The notes below the pieces were generated by a model. The model was not told where the DNA came from. It searched no databases and saw only the letters and a list, made by a program, of their open reading frames with translations. Both the position numbers and the translations under genes were made by a program. From the IMG/VR virus record IMGVR_UViG_3300005529_000023, positions 1 to 64,000 of that record: a DNA stretch of 64,000 nt. One strand, written 5' to 3'. Of this stretch, positions 25,610-34,893 are shown one piece after another (the stretch's first letter is position 1; every line of letters starts with the position of its first letter). Origin of the DNA: a virus.

Positions 25610-26094
25610 TTGTGACTCAATTGTAGTACGCCAAAATCTCGTCCAAGGTTTGGAGAACAGAAAGTCAGACAACTTACATGCTCATATTGAACACCGGCCC
25701 CATTCCCATTTTTGTCTCTAACTCCCCAGTATGCTTCACCATTGAACTGTGGAAATCTACCTCCCAAGTAAGAATCTGGAGTGCTGATCGTAGCTAAACT
25801 CCAGCCACTCCTAAACTCAAAGGGACGTAAGTCAATTTCCATTCCTGGTCCGGTAGATATGTAGACACTTCCATGCCTGTCTGGCTCCGACGATCCGTCT
25901 CCCCAGGCGCCCGCTTTGAACTGCCAATAGATACCGTTGGCGATAAAGGTTCTATAGCCGATGTTGGCCATCTTCACTTGACCAGTGAAGTGGTCCGCAC
26001 TTCCAAAAATGCCGACTCCATAAGAAAGAAATACTTCCCCGGCTTGACAAGTTGAAGAAAACAGCAGCGCTAGCGCTACTAGTTTTTTAAGCAA
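25603..26094 (-). CDS. PagL-like (lipid A 3-O-deacylase / acyloxyacyl hydrolase) outer-membrane beta-barrel
   Basis: signal peptide (STCQA-G); amphipathic strands; YLGGRFPQF; YEHVS; PNLGRD; C-terminal aromatic W. Confidence 0.65.
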   Translation of the reverse strand: MLKKLVALALLFSSTCQAGEVFLSYGVGIFGSADHFTGQVKMANIGYRTFIANGIYWQFKAGAWGDGSSEPDRHGSVYISTGPGMEIDLRPFEFRSGWSLATISTPDSYLGGRFPQFNGEAYWGVRDKNGNGAGVQYEHVSCLTFCSPNLGRDFGVLQLSHKW

Positions 26095-26278
26095 TTGGTT
26101 TTCCTTTCTTTAGTGCCACCGATAGAGGTCCGCCAAAAGAGGCGATGACGCACAGGTATGCTATGTAGGGAGCTAAGATCCTGGGAACATCCACGAATAT
26201 CAGAGCTGTATAATACGCCACGGATACCATGGTAAAAATGGTCTTAAAGGCAGAGAGGTAAGCTTTAGCGTACTCCAT
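26087..26278 (-). CDS. small two-TM membrane protein
   Basis: hydrophobic segments. Confidence 0.55.
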   Translation of the reverse strand: MEYAKAYLSAFKTIFTMVSVAYYTALIFVDVPRILAPYIAYLCVIASFGGPLSVALKKGKPIA

Positions 26279-26465
26279 TGTTCTTTCTCAGGTCTGCGAG
26301 CTTCTTTTTGAGTCTATCTGCCTGTTGTCTAAAGTAGTCGTCGATGGAGGTTCCGTGACTGCTGATTGCTCGCTCACTTGCCGTAATCAGCCGTTCGAGG
26401 TATTCTTCCTCGGTAATTCTCTGCCTGATAATCGGTTTCTTCTTCTTGGACTTCTTTTTGGCCAT
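26265..26465 (-). CDS. small basic protein
   Basis: MAKKKSKKKK; GAAGGGA RBS. Confidence 0.55.
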   Translation of the reverse strand: MAKKKSKKKKPIIRQRITEEEYLERLITASERAISSHGTSIDDYFRQQADRLKKKLADLRKNNGVR

Positions 26466-26645
26466 ACCGATCCCTTCTTTCCTTATCTTCCTATGTTTCT
26501 TATTTTCGGTCAATTACTATTTAGTAGTAAATATAACTAATTGTAATCATTGATTTTTGGTCAGATTCAGAGCCACTGAGTCAAGTTTCAAAAGCTCGGA
26601 AACTATTTGATATATCTAGGGTATGAACGGTTAGTCTCATCACTA

Positions 26646-26652
26646 CAATCTT
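26646..26652 (+). promoter_or_regulatory. putative late-promoter motif
   Basis: CAATCTT upstream of tape measure gene. Confidence 0.55.
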
Positions 26653-26674
26653 AAGAGAGGGCTAACGGTAAGAT

Positions 26675-29071
26675 ATGGCGATCAAAAAAGAACTTCTAAT
26701 TTCAACAAAGTTTGATACCTCGGACTTCGATAAGGCCGTGGAAAGAATGCAGAATAAGCTGAAGGACTTGTACGCTCCTTCGGACATGGTTCGCGCTCAG
26801 ACTATGACTGCCAATCGCCTGAATCAGTATGGTATCGGTGGTGGACAGCCTAAATCGCACGCTGAATATCAAAGAACTGCCATGCAATCGCGCAGGGAAC
26901 TTGACAGCTACATCAGAGAGCAAGCTCAGGGACAGCAAAAGCTGGCTCAGTTTATCGATAAGCGCGCCCAGAAGATGGTTGAATTGAGAGACAGGCAGAA
27001 AGAGCTGACCAAGGGTACTCAAGAAGAACTTGAGATCAGAGAAAAATTAGTCAGGATGGAGAACAACCTCTATCGTCAAAGAGAGTACTATCTAGAAAGA
27101 AACAAAACGCTCAATCAGGGTCTCGATGCTCGCAACAAAGTTGCGCCAAGAGATATCCCAGGACTTCTTGAAGCTTTCAGAGGCGGCGGCCTGAAATATG
27201 GAATGTCGCAAATTCCTGGCGCTCTCAGACAGAACCCTCTTGGAATGGGCGGAAGCCTCCTCGGCCTAGCTAGTTCAGGTTTGATTGCAGGTTCGGAGTT
27301 CTATCGCGATTGGAAAGGGATGCCAATGCGTTCCGAGGCTGCTACTGGAAGCGCGGTGCAGGGCACTTTTGGTCGTGACATTAACAACATTTATGGTCGT
27401 CGATCTGTCTTTGAACAGAACTTCCAAGATGAACGTCAACGTGCTGCTCAAATGTCCATTGAACGAAACTTGGCCGAACGCAGATCAGACAAGGCTAGCT
27501 TAGCTGGCAACCTAGGTCTTGTAGGGGCAGGAACTGCTACCGCCGTAGGAACTGGCTGGACTGGTATTGGCGCCCTGGCAGGTGTTGGTGCGGCAGGAAC
27601 GGGACTATGGAGAATGTTGAGTGATGAACGTCAACGTTCTTTGATGCTAAGCCCCTTCTCGAAAACTGCCAATAATCGCTATGAGTCCATGTTGAACGAA
27701 AACTTGGGCAAGAATTACGGCGATACCTATGAGGCGTTGAAGAATCAGAATCCATTTAAGACTCAAGCTGTCGGAGAATATGAGCAGAACTACATGAGAA
27801 ACCTTCAGGCTCAACGCCAAATGGGTCTTGGCGATGAAGGTCTATATGGAGAAGGTGGCTTCTTCCGTAAGAATCTCGGCGCCGGTTTCTTGCCAGAAAT
27901 GGGTCTTGAAATGGCCGGAAATATTCAAGGTGCTGGTGGTTCGACCAGAATGCAGAGAGAGTCTGTATTTGGAAATCAGCTTTCTCGTGGATTGAACTTA
28001 ACTAATGCTGGTAGCATTCTCGGTACTCTTAGCGGTCAGATGGGAGGCGCTGAAGTTACGAAACAGGCTACTATCAAAATCCTAGCCGAAGGAATGAAGC
28101 AAGGGTTAGACGATAGTAAGTTCGTAGAAGAAAACCGTAGATTCACTCAGGCAGCTGCAGAGATCATTGCTCGAACGGGCGCTAGAGGCGGCGATGTTGA
28201 CCGCGTAGCTTCGGAATTTGGCAAAGGTCTTTCCGAGAACACCATGAGAGGTATTGAAGGCGCCAGGACTGCCTACGAAGAGTATCAGAACATTTCCAGC
28301 ACGACAACTGGTCCTCGTGGCGTAATGCGAGCGGCGGCTTTCTTGAAAGATGACAAGTTGTCAAAGCTTTCTACCGTAGAAAAGCAAGCGATCATGCAGA
28401 TTCCAGAAGGTGAGCTGAATGAGGACAACCTTCTAGTTGCTGGTGCTGCAGAGAAGCTTGGGATTAGTCCTAAGGATTTAGTCGATCGTATCAAAGGCGC
28501 AAACGAAGGTTCTGTCAGTCGATTCAAAGAAGCTGACCAACTAAGAGATAAGCTCAAGAGCAGAATGAAGGAACTTGGAATCACTAAAATCTCCAGAGAT
28601 AACCTAAAGTCTTTGCCAGCAGACGTAAGAATGGCCGCGTACAATTTGGGTGCATTCCAGACTACTGAGCTAGGCAATAAGGGTGAAATTGAGTCGTATT
28701 CCCGTTTAAATAGAAGTTTAGGCGCAGGAGCCGAAACTCCTTTTGATATCCAATCGGATAGAGAGTCTATCCTTAGAGCGAAAGCAGAAGGTAGAGACAC
28801 TGGAAGAATGGGCGACACCACAGTTGGCGCGATGGCTCAAGACGCTTCTATTGTGAACAGGGAGTTCAATAAGATGCGTGGTGAGATGGATGAAACCGCT
28901 AAGTCTGTACTCAAATTCGGCGAAGCAGTCAGAGATCTGAACGTGCAGCTACAAAAGGCTTTAGAAGATGCAAGAAATGGCAAGGGCAATACAAACGTTA
29001 TCAATGATCTCTTACAGAAGCTAATGACTGCTTCTGGCAATCAGGTTCAGGGCGGGAAGGTCTCTAAGTAA
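26675..29071 (+). CDS. tail tape measure protein
   Basis: 798 aa; N-terminal coiled coil; Gly/Ala-rich hydrophobic middle; heads the baseplate cluster. Confidence 0.75.
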   Translation: MAIKKELLISTKFDTSDFDKAVERMQNKLKDLYAPSDMVRAQTMTANRLNQYGIGGGQPKSHAEYQRTAMQSRRELDSYIREQAQGQQKLAQFIDKRAQKMVELRDRQKELTKGTQEELEIREKLVRMENNLYRQREYYLERNKTLNQGLDARNKVAPRDIPGLLEAFRGGGLKYGMSQIPGALRQNPLGMGGSLLGLASSGLIAGSEFYRDWKGMPMRSEAATGSAVQGTFGRDINNIYGRRSVFEQNFQDERQRAAQMSIERNLAERRSDKASLAGNLGLVGAGTATAVGTGWTGIGALAGVGAAGTGLWRMLSDERQRSLMLSPFSKTANNRYESMLNENLGKNYGDTYEALKNQNPFKTQAVGEYEQNYMRNLQAQRQMGLGDEGLYGEGGFFRKNLGAGFLPEMGLEMAGNIQGAGGSTRMQRESVFGNQLSRGLNLTNAGSILGTLSGQMGGAEVTKQATIKILAEGMKQGLDDSKFVEENRRFTQAAAEIIARTGARGGDVDRVASEFGKGLSENTMRGIEGARTAYEEYQNISSTTTGPRGVMRAAAFLKDDKLSKLSTVEKQAIMQIPEGELNEDNLLVAGAAEKLGISPKDLVDRIKGANEGSVSRFKEADQLRDKLKSRMKELGITKISRDNLKSLPADVRMAAYNLGAFQTTELGNKGEIESYSRLNRSLGAGAETPFDIQSDRESILRAKAEGRDTGRMGDTTVGAMAQDASIVNREFNKMRGEMDETAKSVLKFGEAVRDLNVQLQKALEDARNGKGNTNVINDLLQKLMTASGNQVQGGKVSK

Positions 29072-30972
29072 TGGCGGATTCTAGAGCATTCGTAAAGAAG
29101 ATCGATCCCGTTGGGTCTGGAACGAACGAGCACAACTCGATTCACCAAACCAGTCCAGGATGGGTACTTACGTTCGTTCGCTGGAACGTTCGAGATACCT
29201 TCAGAACGAAGACAAACAATACTACTACGTCACCTCTCTCAGTGCGAGATCCCTTGGTTGTAGAAAACGATTGCGTTTCAGTCGCAGTAACTAATGCTAA
29301 GGGAACGCTGACTCCACAGATGAATGCTACTTTGATCATGACGGACGTGAACTATGAAACAGAGGTTGCTCCCGGCGACTTCGTGTTCGTCAACATGCTC
29401 AATTGGACTACCGGGAACAAAGTATTTAGAGGTTCTAGGCAAGTTGCCGATGCCGCAAGAGCAAGGCAGGCAATCAATGGAGTCAACGACGGCTTCAAGG
29501 GTTTGTTCAAAGTTCAATCTGTACAAAGAGTCCTAATGACCGACGCGAATACTGGTACTAGAATGGTCGCCTTTAAGATCAACGGGTACGGTTTCACTGA
29601 ATTCAATAATACGATATACTTCAATCCATATCTTCTTGATCCTCAACAAGATCCGAAGAACCAATTACTCTTCGCCAGCTTCTTCGGAGAGTTTTGGACT
29701 TCGATGGTCAATGACAAAGGTATTACGGATGTTCAGAACATCCTTGCTGTGCTTATTCAGAGTTTGATTGGAACCGGCATCGCAGAAGGACAACAAAAGC
29801 TGTATAAGAAAAACGCTGTGGCAACGCACAACACCCACTTTTTGGTACCAGAACTGGTTGGAAAACTACTTGGTTTGAACGGCGCAAAAGCAGCTAAGGA
29901 CTTATACAACTACATTTTCGGTATTCAAAATTATGCAGGCGGCAGTAGCGCTACAGATTTGGCCGTAGGAATGAATCCTGAAGGACTTCAGGAAAAGTAC
30001 AACCGCTTTTTCTACACTCAGATTCCATGTCAGGGTTCGTCTTTGCTAAAACCAGAGTACTGGAATCAGGTAAAGACGTGGTCTATCTTGAACCAGTACA
30101 CAAACGCTCCACTCAACGAGTTGTTCACATGTTTCAGGGTATCTCCCAATGGTAGCGTGATGCCTACAGTAGTGTTCAGGCAGATCCCATTTACCACTGA
30201 GGGTTTCGCAGATCAGTTCTACGGTCCAGTTCCTCCTCCAGTAACGAAGTTCCTGAACTTACCTAGGTGGAAGATCAATCCAGCTCTAATCCTAGAAATG
30301 AATATCGGCAGAGAAGAAGCCGCAAGGGTGAACTTTGTTCAGTACTTTGGCCGCTCAACTCTTGGTCAAGATGGAACTGACATCGCCGCTGAAATCGCTG
30401 CTGGAAACTACGTCTATGACGTAGATGACGTGTCTAGAAGTGGCTTGAGACCTTATATCGTCACTACTCAGTTTGACGATCCTACGTCGCAGAATAAGGA
30501 CTACAGAAGTCCTTTTTGGGCAAAGATTCTTGGAGATGCTCTTATCGGCGGACATCTGAAGCTCAATGGTAGTTTCCAGTGTGCTGGAATTCAAGATCCA
30601 GTTGCAGTTGGTGATAACTGGGAGTTTGACGGAGTCGTCTATCACATCGAACAAGTTAACCATGTAGCTAGTATTTCTCCGCAAGATGGAAAGAAGATTT
30701 TCAGAAGCACAATCGTCGTAAGCAGTGGTGTGAGCACTTCTAGCTCTGTCAATGGTGTTCGTTATCCTGAAATGGAAGACACGGTTGCTTACAGGAAGCG
30801 CGACAGAGACTTCAAGAACAATCAAATTCTTCCTGGTGTCTCAGAAGAGCAGGATGTCGTTTATAGGAAGAACGTTTGGCCAACAGATAAAGACAGTAAG
30901 AAGCAGAATGCGCCTTATGCACAACCAAACACTAAGACTGGTTCACAGACTGACAACGGAGACGATACCTAA
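29071..30972 (+). CDS. baseplate hub / tail-associated protein
   Basis: position after TMP; C-terminal GSFQCAGI..VAVGDN..YHIEQVNH hub-like pattern. Confidence 0.65.
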   Translation: MADSRAFVKKIDPVGSGTNEHNSIHQTSPGWVLTFVRWNVRDTFRTKTNNTTTSPLSVRDPLVVENDCVSVAVTNAKGTLTPQMNATLIMTDVNYETEVAPGDFVFVNMLNWTTGNKVFRGSRQVADAARARQAINGVNDGFKGLFKVQSVQRVLMTDANTGTRMVAFKINGYGFTEFNNTIYFNPYLLDPQQDPKNQLLFASFFGEFWTSMVNDKGITDVQNILAVLIQSLIGTGIAEGQQKLYKKNAVATHNTHFLVPELVGKLLGLNGAKAAKDLYNYIFGIQNYAGGSSATDLAVGMNPEGLQEKYNRFFYTQIPCQGSSLLKPEYWNQVKTWSILNQYTNAPLNELFTCFRVSPNGSVMPTVVFRQIPFTTEGFADQFYGPVPPPVTKFLNLPRWKINPALILEMNIGREEAARVNFVQYFGRSTLGQDGTDIAAEIAAGNYVYDVDDVSRSGLRPYIVTTQFDDPTSQNKDYRSPFWAKILGDALIGGHLKLNGSFQCAGIQDPVAVGDNWEFDGVVYHIEQVNHVASISPQDGKKIFRSTIVVSSGVSTSSSVNGVRYPEMEDTVAYRKRDRDFKNNQILPGVSEEQDVVYRKNVWPTDKDSKKQNAPYAQPNTKTGSQTDNGDDT

Positions 30973-31955
30973 TGGGCGTACTAGAGAACGGCTCAGTTTT
31001 ACCTCATGGTCTCTTGGGTGAGAACGATGCCGCCATGATGAGTGGTTTCAACAAGAGCTACAGAAATTTCCCTCTTCGTATCGGCGTTGTCATGGCCTCT
31101 TACCCTGTTGGCAACGATAGAAATAAGACTAGGTTGACTACTGAGTACGATGTACTGGTGTTTGAGCAAAATGAAGATAAGGGAGCAACAAGCATTCTTT
31201 ATAGGAATTGCATGTCTTCGGAAGGCATGGGTTCTATAGCTGATTATTTTGAAAAAGCTCTTCGTCCGCAGAAGAAAAAGAAAAAGAAGGGTGCTACAAA
31301 CCTGAACGGTCAGGATGGAGCTATCGTGCTACTTCTTTGTCTGGATGCTATGTCCGACAAAGCCATTATCATCAGTTCTCTCACCCATCCAGACAGAAAA
31401 ACTAACTTGAAGGATGAAGGTCCATTTCTGCAGGGCGAGTACAATGGCGTCCAGATCATAGTGAATAAGGACGGCAGTACTTCTTTGGTTTTTAAGGGTG
31501 CTACGGACAGTGAAGGTAAGCCAACCAACTCTAAGCAGGGCAACACCACTGTGAAGATTGAAAAGGACGGCAGTTTCCAGGTTGATCACGATACTATCCT
31601 TTTTAGACTGGATCGCACACAAAAGACCGCCACTTTGAATGCAAAGAAGGACATCAATGTTGTTGCGGGCGGAAACATCAACATGACCGCCACGGGAGAT
31701 GTCAATGTTAAATGTACGAATGCCAACGTCGCTGCCTCAGCTAAAGCTGTGGTTAAAAGTGGCAGCAATACTGAAGTTACAGCTGGCGGTGACTGTAAAA
31801 TTACTTCTTCTGGAAAGACCACTGTCAAAGCAAGCCAAATTGAACTCAATGGGTCGGCATCCGGCATCACCACAGAGAACTCACATCAAGGCGTAATTGA
31901 CTTCATCACTGGTGTTCCAGTTCAGGCAAGCCAAGACGTGAAATCGGACGTGTAA
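30972..31955 (+). CDS. baseplate central spike (gpV/gp5-like)
   Basis: N-terminal OB-like region then beta-helix repeats (INVVAGGNINMTATGDVNVK); IELNG. Confidence 0.75.
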   Translation: MGVLENGSVLPHGLLGENDAAMMSGFNKSYRNFPLRIGVVMASYPVGNDRNKTRLTTEYDVLVFEQNEDKGATSILYRNCMSSEGMGSIADYFEKALRPQKKKKKKGATNLNGQDGAIVLLLCLDAMSDKAIIISSLTHPDRKTNLKDEGPFLQGEYNGVQIIVNKDGSTSLVFKGATDSEGKPTNSKQGNTTVKIEKDGSFQVDHDTILFRLDRTQKTATLNAKKDINVVAGGNINMTATGDVNVKCTNANVAASAKAVVKSGSNTEVTAGGDCKITSSGKTTVKASQIELNGSASGITTENSHQGVIDFITGVPVQASQDVKSDV

Positions 31956-31956
31956 G

Positions 31957-32664
31957 ATGCCAGTAAGTGGACCAGCCTTAGCAGCGCTAATTCAGAGTAA
32001 CGTAGACAGTAGAATGGCAGCCGTTAAGGGTTTTCATCCACTTGCTCAGAAGAGACCAAATTTTTTCATTGAAATGTGTACCGCACTGGGAACAGGGATC
32101 ATCTCTGGTGGCCCAACTATCTCGTTCACCACAAATGATAGCGGACAAGAGGGTGCCCCGCTTGTCCCTGGAACTGGTGCGGGAGTTGGCATCGTGACCG
32201 ATCCCTCTTTCTTCATTCAAGATGCGTATTCCAGAATTAGAGGGTTTATCCTGGCGGACTTTGGAAAAACAAGTCACCAAGCATACCCGCCAGATCACGA
32301 CAACTCTGGAGCTTTCCTTCTTGCCCTGGTCACCGGGATCAACGATGCCTTCTTGGCTTACTACCCAACTGCGTGGACCTTGGTTTCCAATCATCCTCAA
32401 ATTTACACGGGAACGGGAATGATCACCGATGGACAGTTCAGCGGACTGTCTTCTTCGGCTATTAAGTCGGCGATCATCTCTGGAGCACCAGATCTAAGAG
32501 GTAGATTTTGGCCAAGGCTCGCACAAGGTGTCGCAGAGAGTTATGTTGCTCTCATTCAACAGCATTCTACTGGACAAGTAACTATCACGGGTACTTGCGT
32601 TCCAGGCCCTTCGCAGGTTTGCGGTATCGGCGGATCTGGCAACGGCTCTGGAACAGCTACATAG
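31957..32664 (+). CDS. putative spike-associated structural protein
   Basis: Gly-rich; directly follows the spike gene. Confidence 0.55.
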   Translation: MPVSGPALAALIQSNVDSRMAAVKGFHPLAQKRPNFFIEMCTALGTGIISGGPTISFTTNDSGQEGAPLVPGTGAGVGIVTDPSFFIQDAYSRIRGFILADFGKTSHQAYPPDHDNSGAFLLALVTGINDAFLAYYPTAWTLVSNHPQIYTGTGMITDGQFSGLSSSAIKSAIISGAPDLRGRFWPRLAQGVAESYVALIQQHSTGQVTITGTCVPGPSQVCGIGGSGNGSGTAT

Positions 32665-32671
32665 GAGTTTT

Positions 32672-33205
32672 ATGTCACTAAAAGAAATGGCACTTGCAAT
32701 GTATCCATATTGGTTGCTTGGGATCTTCATGATCTGGGCTACTGCTAAGTCCAAGTACAAAGAGTACATCAGGGTTGACAAAGAAGGTCTCACTCGTTGG
32801 GCGCGCTTTCTCTTTATCATCTCTATTTATCGTATGATCCTATTTAAGCTATTTCCAACTGTGTTCTCTGGGGCAGCTCATAACATAGCCCTTATTCCTT
32901 GGCCGCTCACCTTGACGGTTTTTTGGGAAGATGCTTGTCACGGCCTTCCTTTGTTATTGCTTAAAAAGGCAATCGGCCTCAAGAAGTGGGCTAAGCCCGT
33001 ACTTCGTATGATCACTCTCATGATGATGGTAGAGTTCGGGATGGGACATGTATATCAGGGTATAATTCCAGCTGTTATGCTTAGCTTCTATGTGCCTTAT
33101 TCAGTTAAACTAGGAGAGAAGTGGGGTTTTGGAACAGTGATGCTAGGTCATATGCTTTTCGATCTCACCACCATTCTTTCGGTGAAATTTCTTCTAGGTG
33201 GATAA
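32672..33205 (+). CDS. CPBP/CAAX-protease (Abi)-like intramembrane metalloprotease
   Basis: multi-TM; WEDACHG, FGMGHVYQG, GHMLFD. Confidence 0.7.
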   Translation: MSLKEMALAMYPYWLLGIFMIWATAKSKYKEYIRVDKEGLTRWARFLFIISIYRMILFKLFPTVFSGAAHNIALIPWPLTLTVFWEDACHGLPLLLLKKAIGLKKWAKPVLRMITLMMMVEFGMGHVYQGIIPAVMLSFYVPYSVKLGEKWGFGTVMLGHMLFDLTTILSVKFLLGG

Positions 33206-33465
33206 TGTCCAAGAAAAGCCCGTTTGTGGGATACTCTGAAGATGAAGTACTCTCTATCGAGGCCGTGACTTACGTCATAGTGGTTGGTTCAAATTTCTAT
33301 ATCAAGGATGGAAATTTCGTTTTTACCAAAAAGAGCGCTGCTTATCACTACAACAAGATCCTGAGAGAACTTGTGGGGCAGTTAGTTAATGGTGACGACG
33401 ATGAGAAAAAGAACGCGAGAAGAGTCCTAAACAACTTTAGGATCGAGCCTCTTAGGCTTCACTAG
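33205..33465 (+). CDS. hypothetical protein
   Basis: TAATG coupling. Confidence 0.65.
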   Translation: MSKKSPFVGYSEDEVLSIEAVTYVIVVGSNFYIKDGNFVFTKKSAAYHYNKILRELVGQLVNGDDDEKKNARRVLNNFRIEPLRLH

Positions 33466-33814
33466 GATCTACGACGATCATTTTGGCGTGGGTCATAGCT
33501 AGGTAGTATTGAAGGATATACCTGTTCTTGTCGTGAAGCTGTCCCGTCTCTTTGTATAGACCTAGGATAATTCCTACGGCTTCATGAAGATCTGGAATGA
33601 AACACTGCTCTCTTGGATGCTGTTTATTTTCGCATCGTACCCTACCTTTATTGTGTTCTGAATAGACTACGTCAGCTTCTCTGTGAAGCTGGTCATTGTC
33701 GAGGTATTCAAGATACAGAATGTAATTGTCTAGGGCATCCCAGCCTCTTTCTTCGTTTTTTAGAAGATGGGATCTAACGTATGTAACCAGTTCTTTTTCT
33801 TCGTGATCCATCAT
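33452..33814 (-). CDS. hypothetical protein
   Basis: ATGA overlap with upstream - strand gene. Confidence 0.6.
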   Translation of the reverse strand: MMDHEEKELVTYVRSHLLKNEERGWDALDNYILYLEYLDNDQLHREADVVYSEHNKGRVRCENKQHPREQCFIPDLHEAVGIILGLYKETGQLHDKNRYILQYYLAMTHAKMIVVDPSEA

Positions 33815-34263
33815 GGCTTGATTAGTTCCCTGCAGGGTAGTTCGTACACAAAGAAGTTTTTCATCCCATGTGCATAGACTTCCGCTGCCAGTTCGTTCCA
33901 AGTTTGAAGGGTGTTTTCAGGGTTCACAAGTTTGATTCTTCCTTCATGATCTGTAAAAGCCGTGACGACATGCCCAACATTTTGTCCGGTCTGTGTGTAC
34001 AAGAGGATTAGAAACTTTCCCAGCAGGAGCTTTGATTCAATATCCCCAAGACTCCTTGGCTTAACGTGTTTGGCAGGTATTTTCAATTTCTTGAGTAAAA
34101 AGGAAAATTGAAATACGTACAAACCGTGATTCCCGTATCCGCACTCTCGTGCCGCTTTTTCTACTTCTTTATAGGTCTTCTTGAGGTTGCACCAAGAAGC
34201 GGCGTTGTAGGCTGCGACGACTGCACAGTCTGTCTGAGTCTTGTTTTTCTTAAGGATTTTCAC
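33811..34263 (-). CDS. papain-fold (C39-like) cysteine peptidase
   Basis: K.QTDCAVVAAYNA; GHVVTA; KLVNP; GTG start at predicted TSS. Confidence 0.65.
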   Translation of the reverse strand: MKILKKNKTQTDCAVVAAYNAASWCNLKKTYKEVEKAARECGYGNHGLYVFQFSFLLKKLKIPAKHVKPRSLGDIESKLLLGKFLILLYTQTGQNVGHVVTAFTDHEGRIKLVNPENTLQTWNELAAEVYAHGMKNFFVYELPCRELIKP

Positions 34264-34269
34264 TATTCT

Positions 34270-34298
34270 AGAATAGCGAAATAAGGAAAATAAGTCAA
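34270..34298 (-). promoter_or_regulatory. sigma70-type promoter overlapping a 14-bp palindrome
   Basis: TTGACT-17-TATTCT; CTATTCTAGAATAG at 34263-34276. Confidence 0.65.
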
Positions 34299-34850
34299 TT
34301 ACCAAGGATCGCAGCGATTGAACATTTCAGAAACGTATTCGCTGTAATGGGTTGCGACACAATCGTCATCGACCAGAACTGGATACATGAGACTCACCGG
34401 ACATCCGTCGTCCCAATATCCCGGCCTTGGACCGCCGTTGAGAGTCCATTGAACGGCCTGCGTGATCCTATCGGCCTCTTTCTCGGGATACATAGCTCCC
34501 TCGCCGTAATCATGGGCGCGCCCGCAATAGCAGTGGGTAAGTTCGTGAAAGACAAGGGTGTATTTGCTTCTCTCGGTGGCGTGACTCCAGAAGTCTTGGT
34601 CTATATCGACTTCTCTGAAGAAACCTCCATTAATACAAAGACCTATAGTGTCACCTTGATCGATTTTCTTGAATCCTAAAGTTACTTTCTTGTCAAAATG
34701 TATGTGATTATAATTACTTAGCCACAGATATTCTTCTACGTACTTAGAGGCGCGAGGATCTACGTCCTTATACTCTGGGTGGAGTCCTGGCTGACCACAA
34801 GATAAGGAAACTAGTAAAATAGCGATAATACCGAGAAAAGACCTTCTCAT
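34299..34850 (-). CDS. lipoprotein zincin metallopeptidase
   Basis: lipobox VSLS-C; FHELTHCYCGRAH (HExxH...H); SLMYP Met-turn. Confidence 0.75.
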   Translation of the reverse strand: MRRSFLGIIAILLVSLSCGQPGLHPEYKDVDPRASKYVEEYLWLSNYNHIHFDKKVTLGFKKIDQGDTIGLCINGGFFREVDIDQDFWSHATERSKYTLVFHELTHCYCGRAHDYGEGAMYPEKEADRITQAVQWTLNGGPRPGYWDDGCPVSLMYPVLVDDDCVATHYSEYVSEMFNRCDPW

Positions 34851-34880
34851 TTTCACTGATATATCATAGCAAGTTAACCG

Positions 34881-34887
34881 CAATCTT
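34881..34887 (+). promoter_or_regulatory. putative late-promoter motif (leaderless)
   Basis: CAATCTT, ATG 6 nt downstream, no SD. Confidence 0.55.
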
Positions 34888-34893
34888 ACTAGT

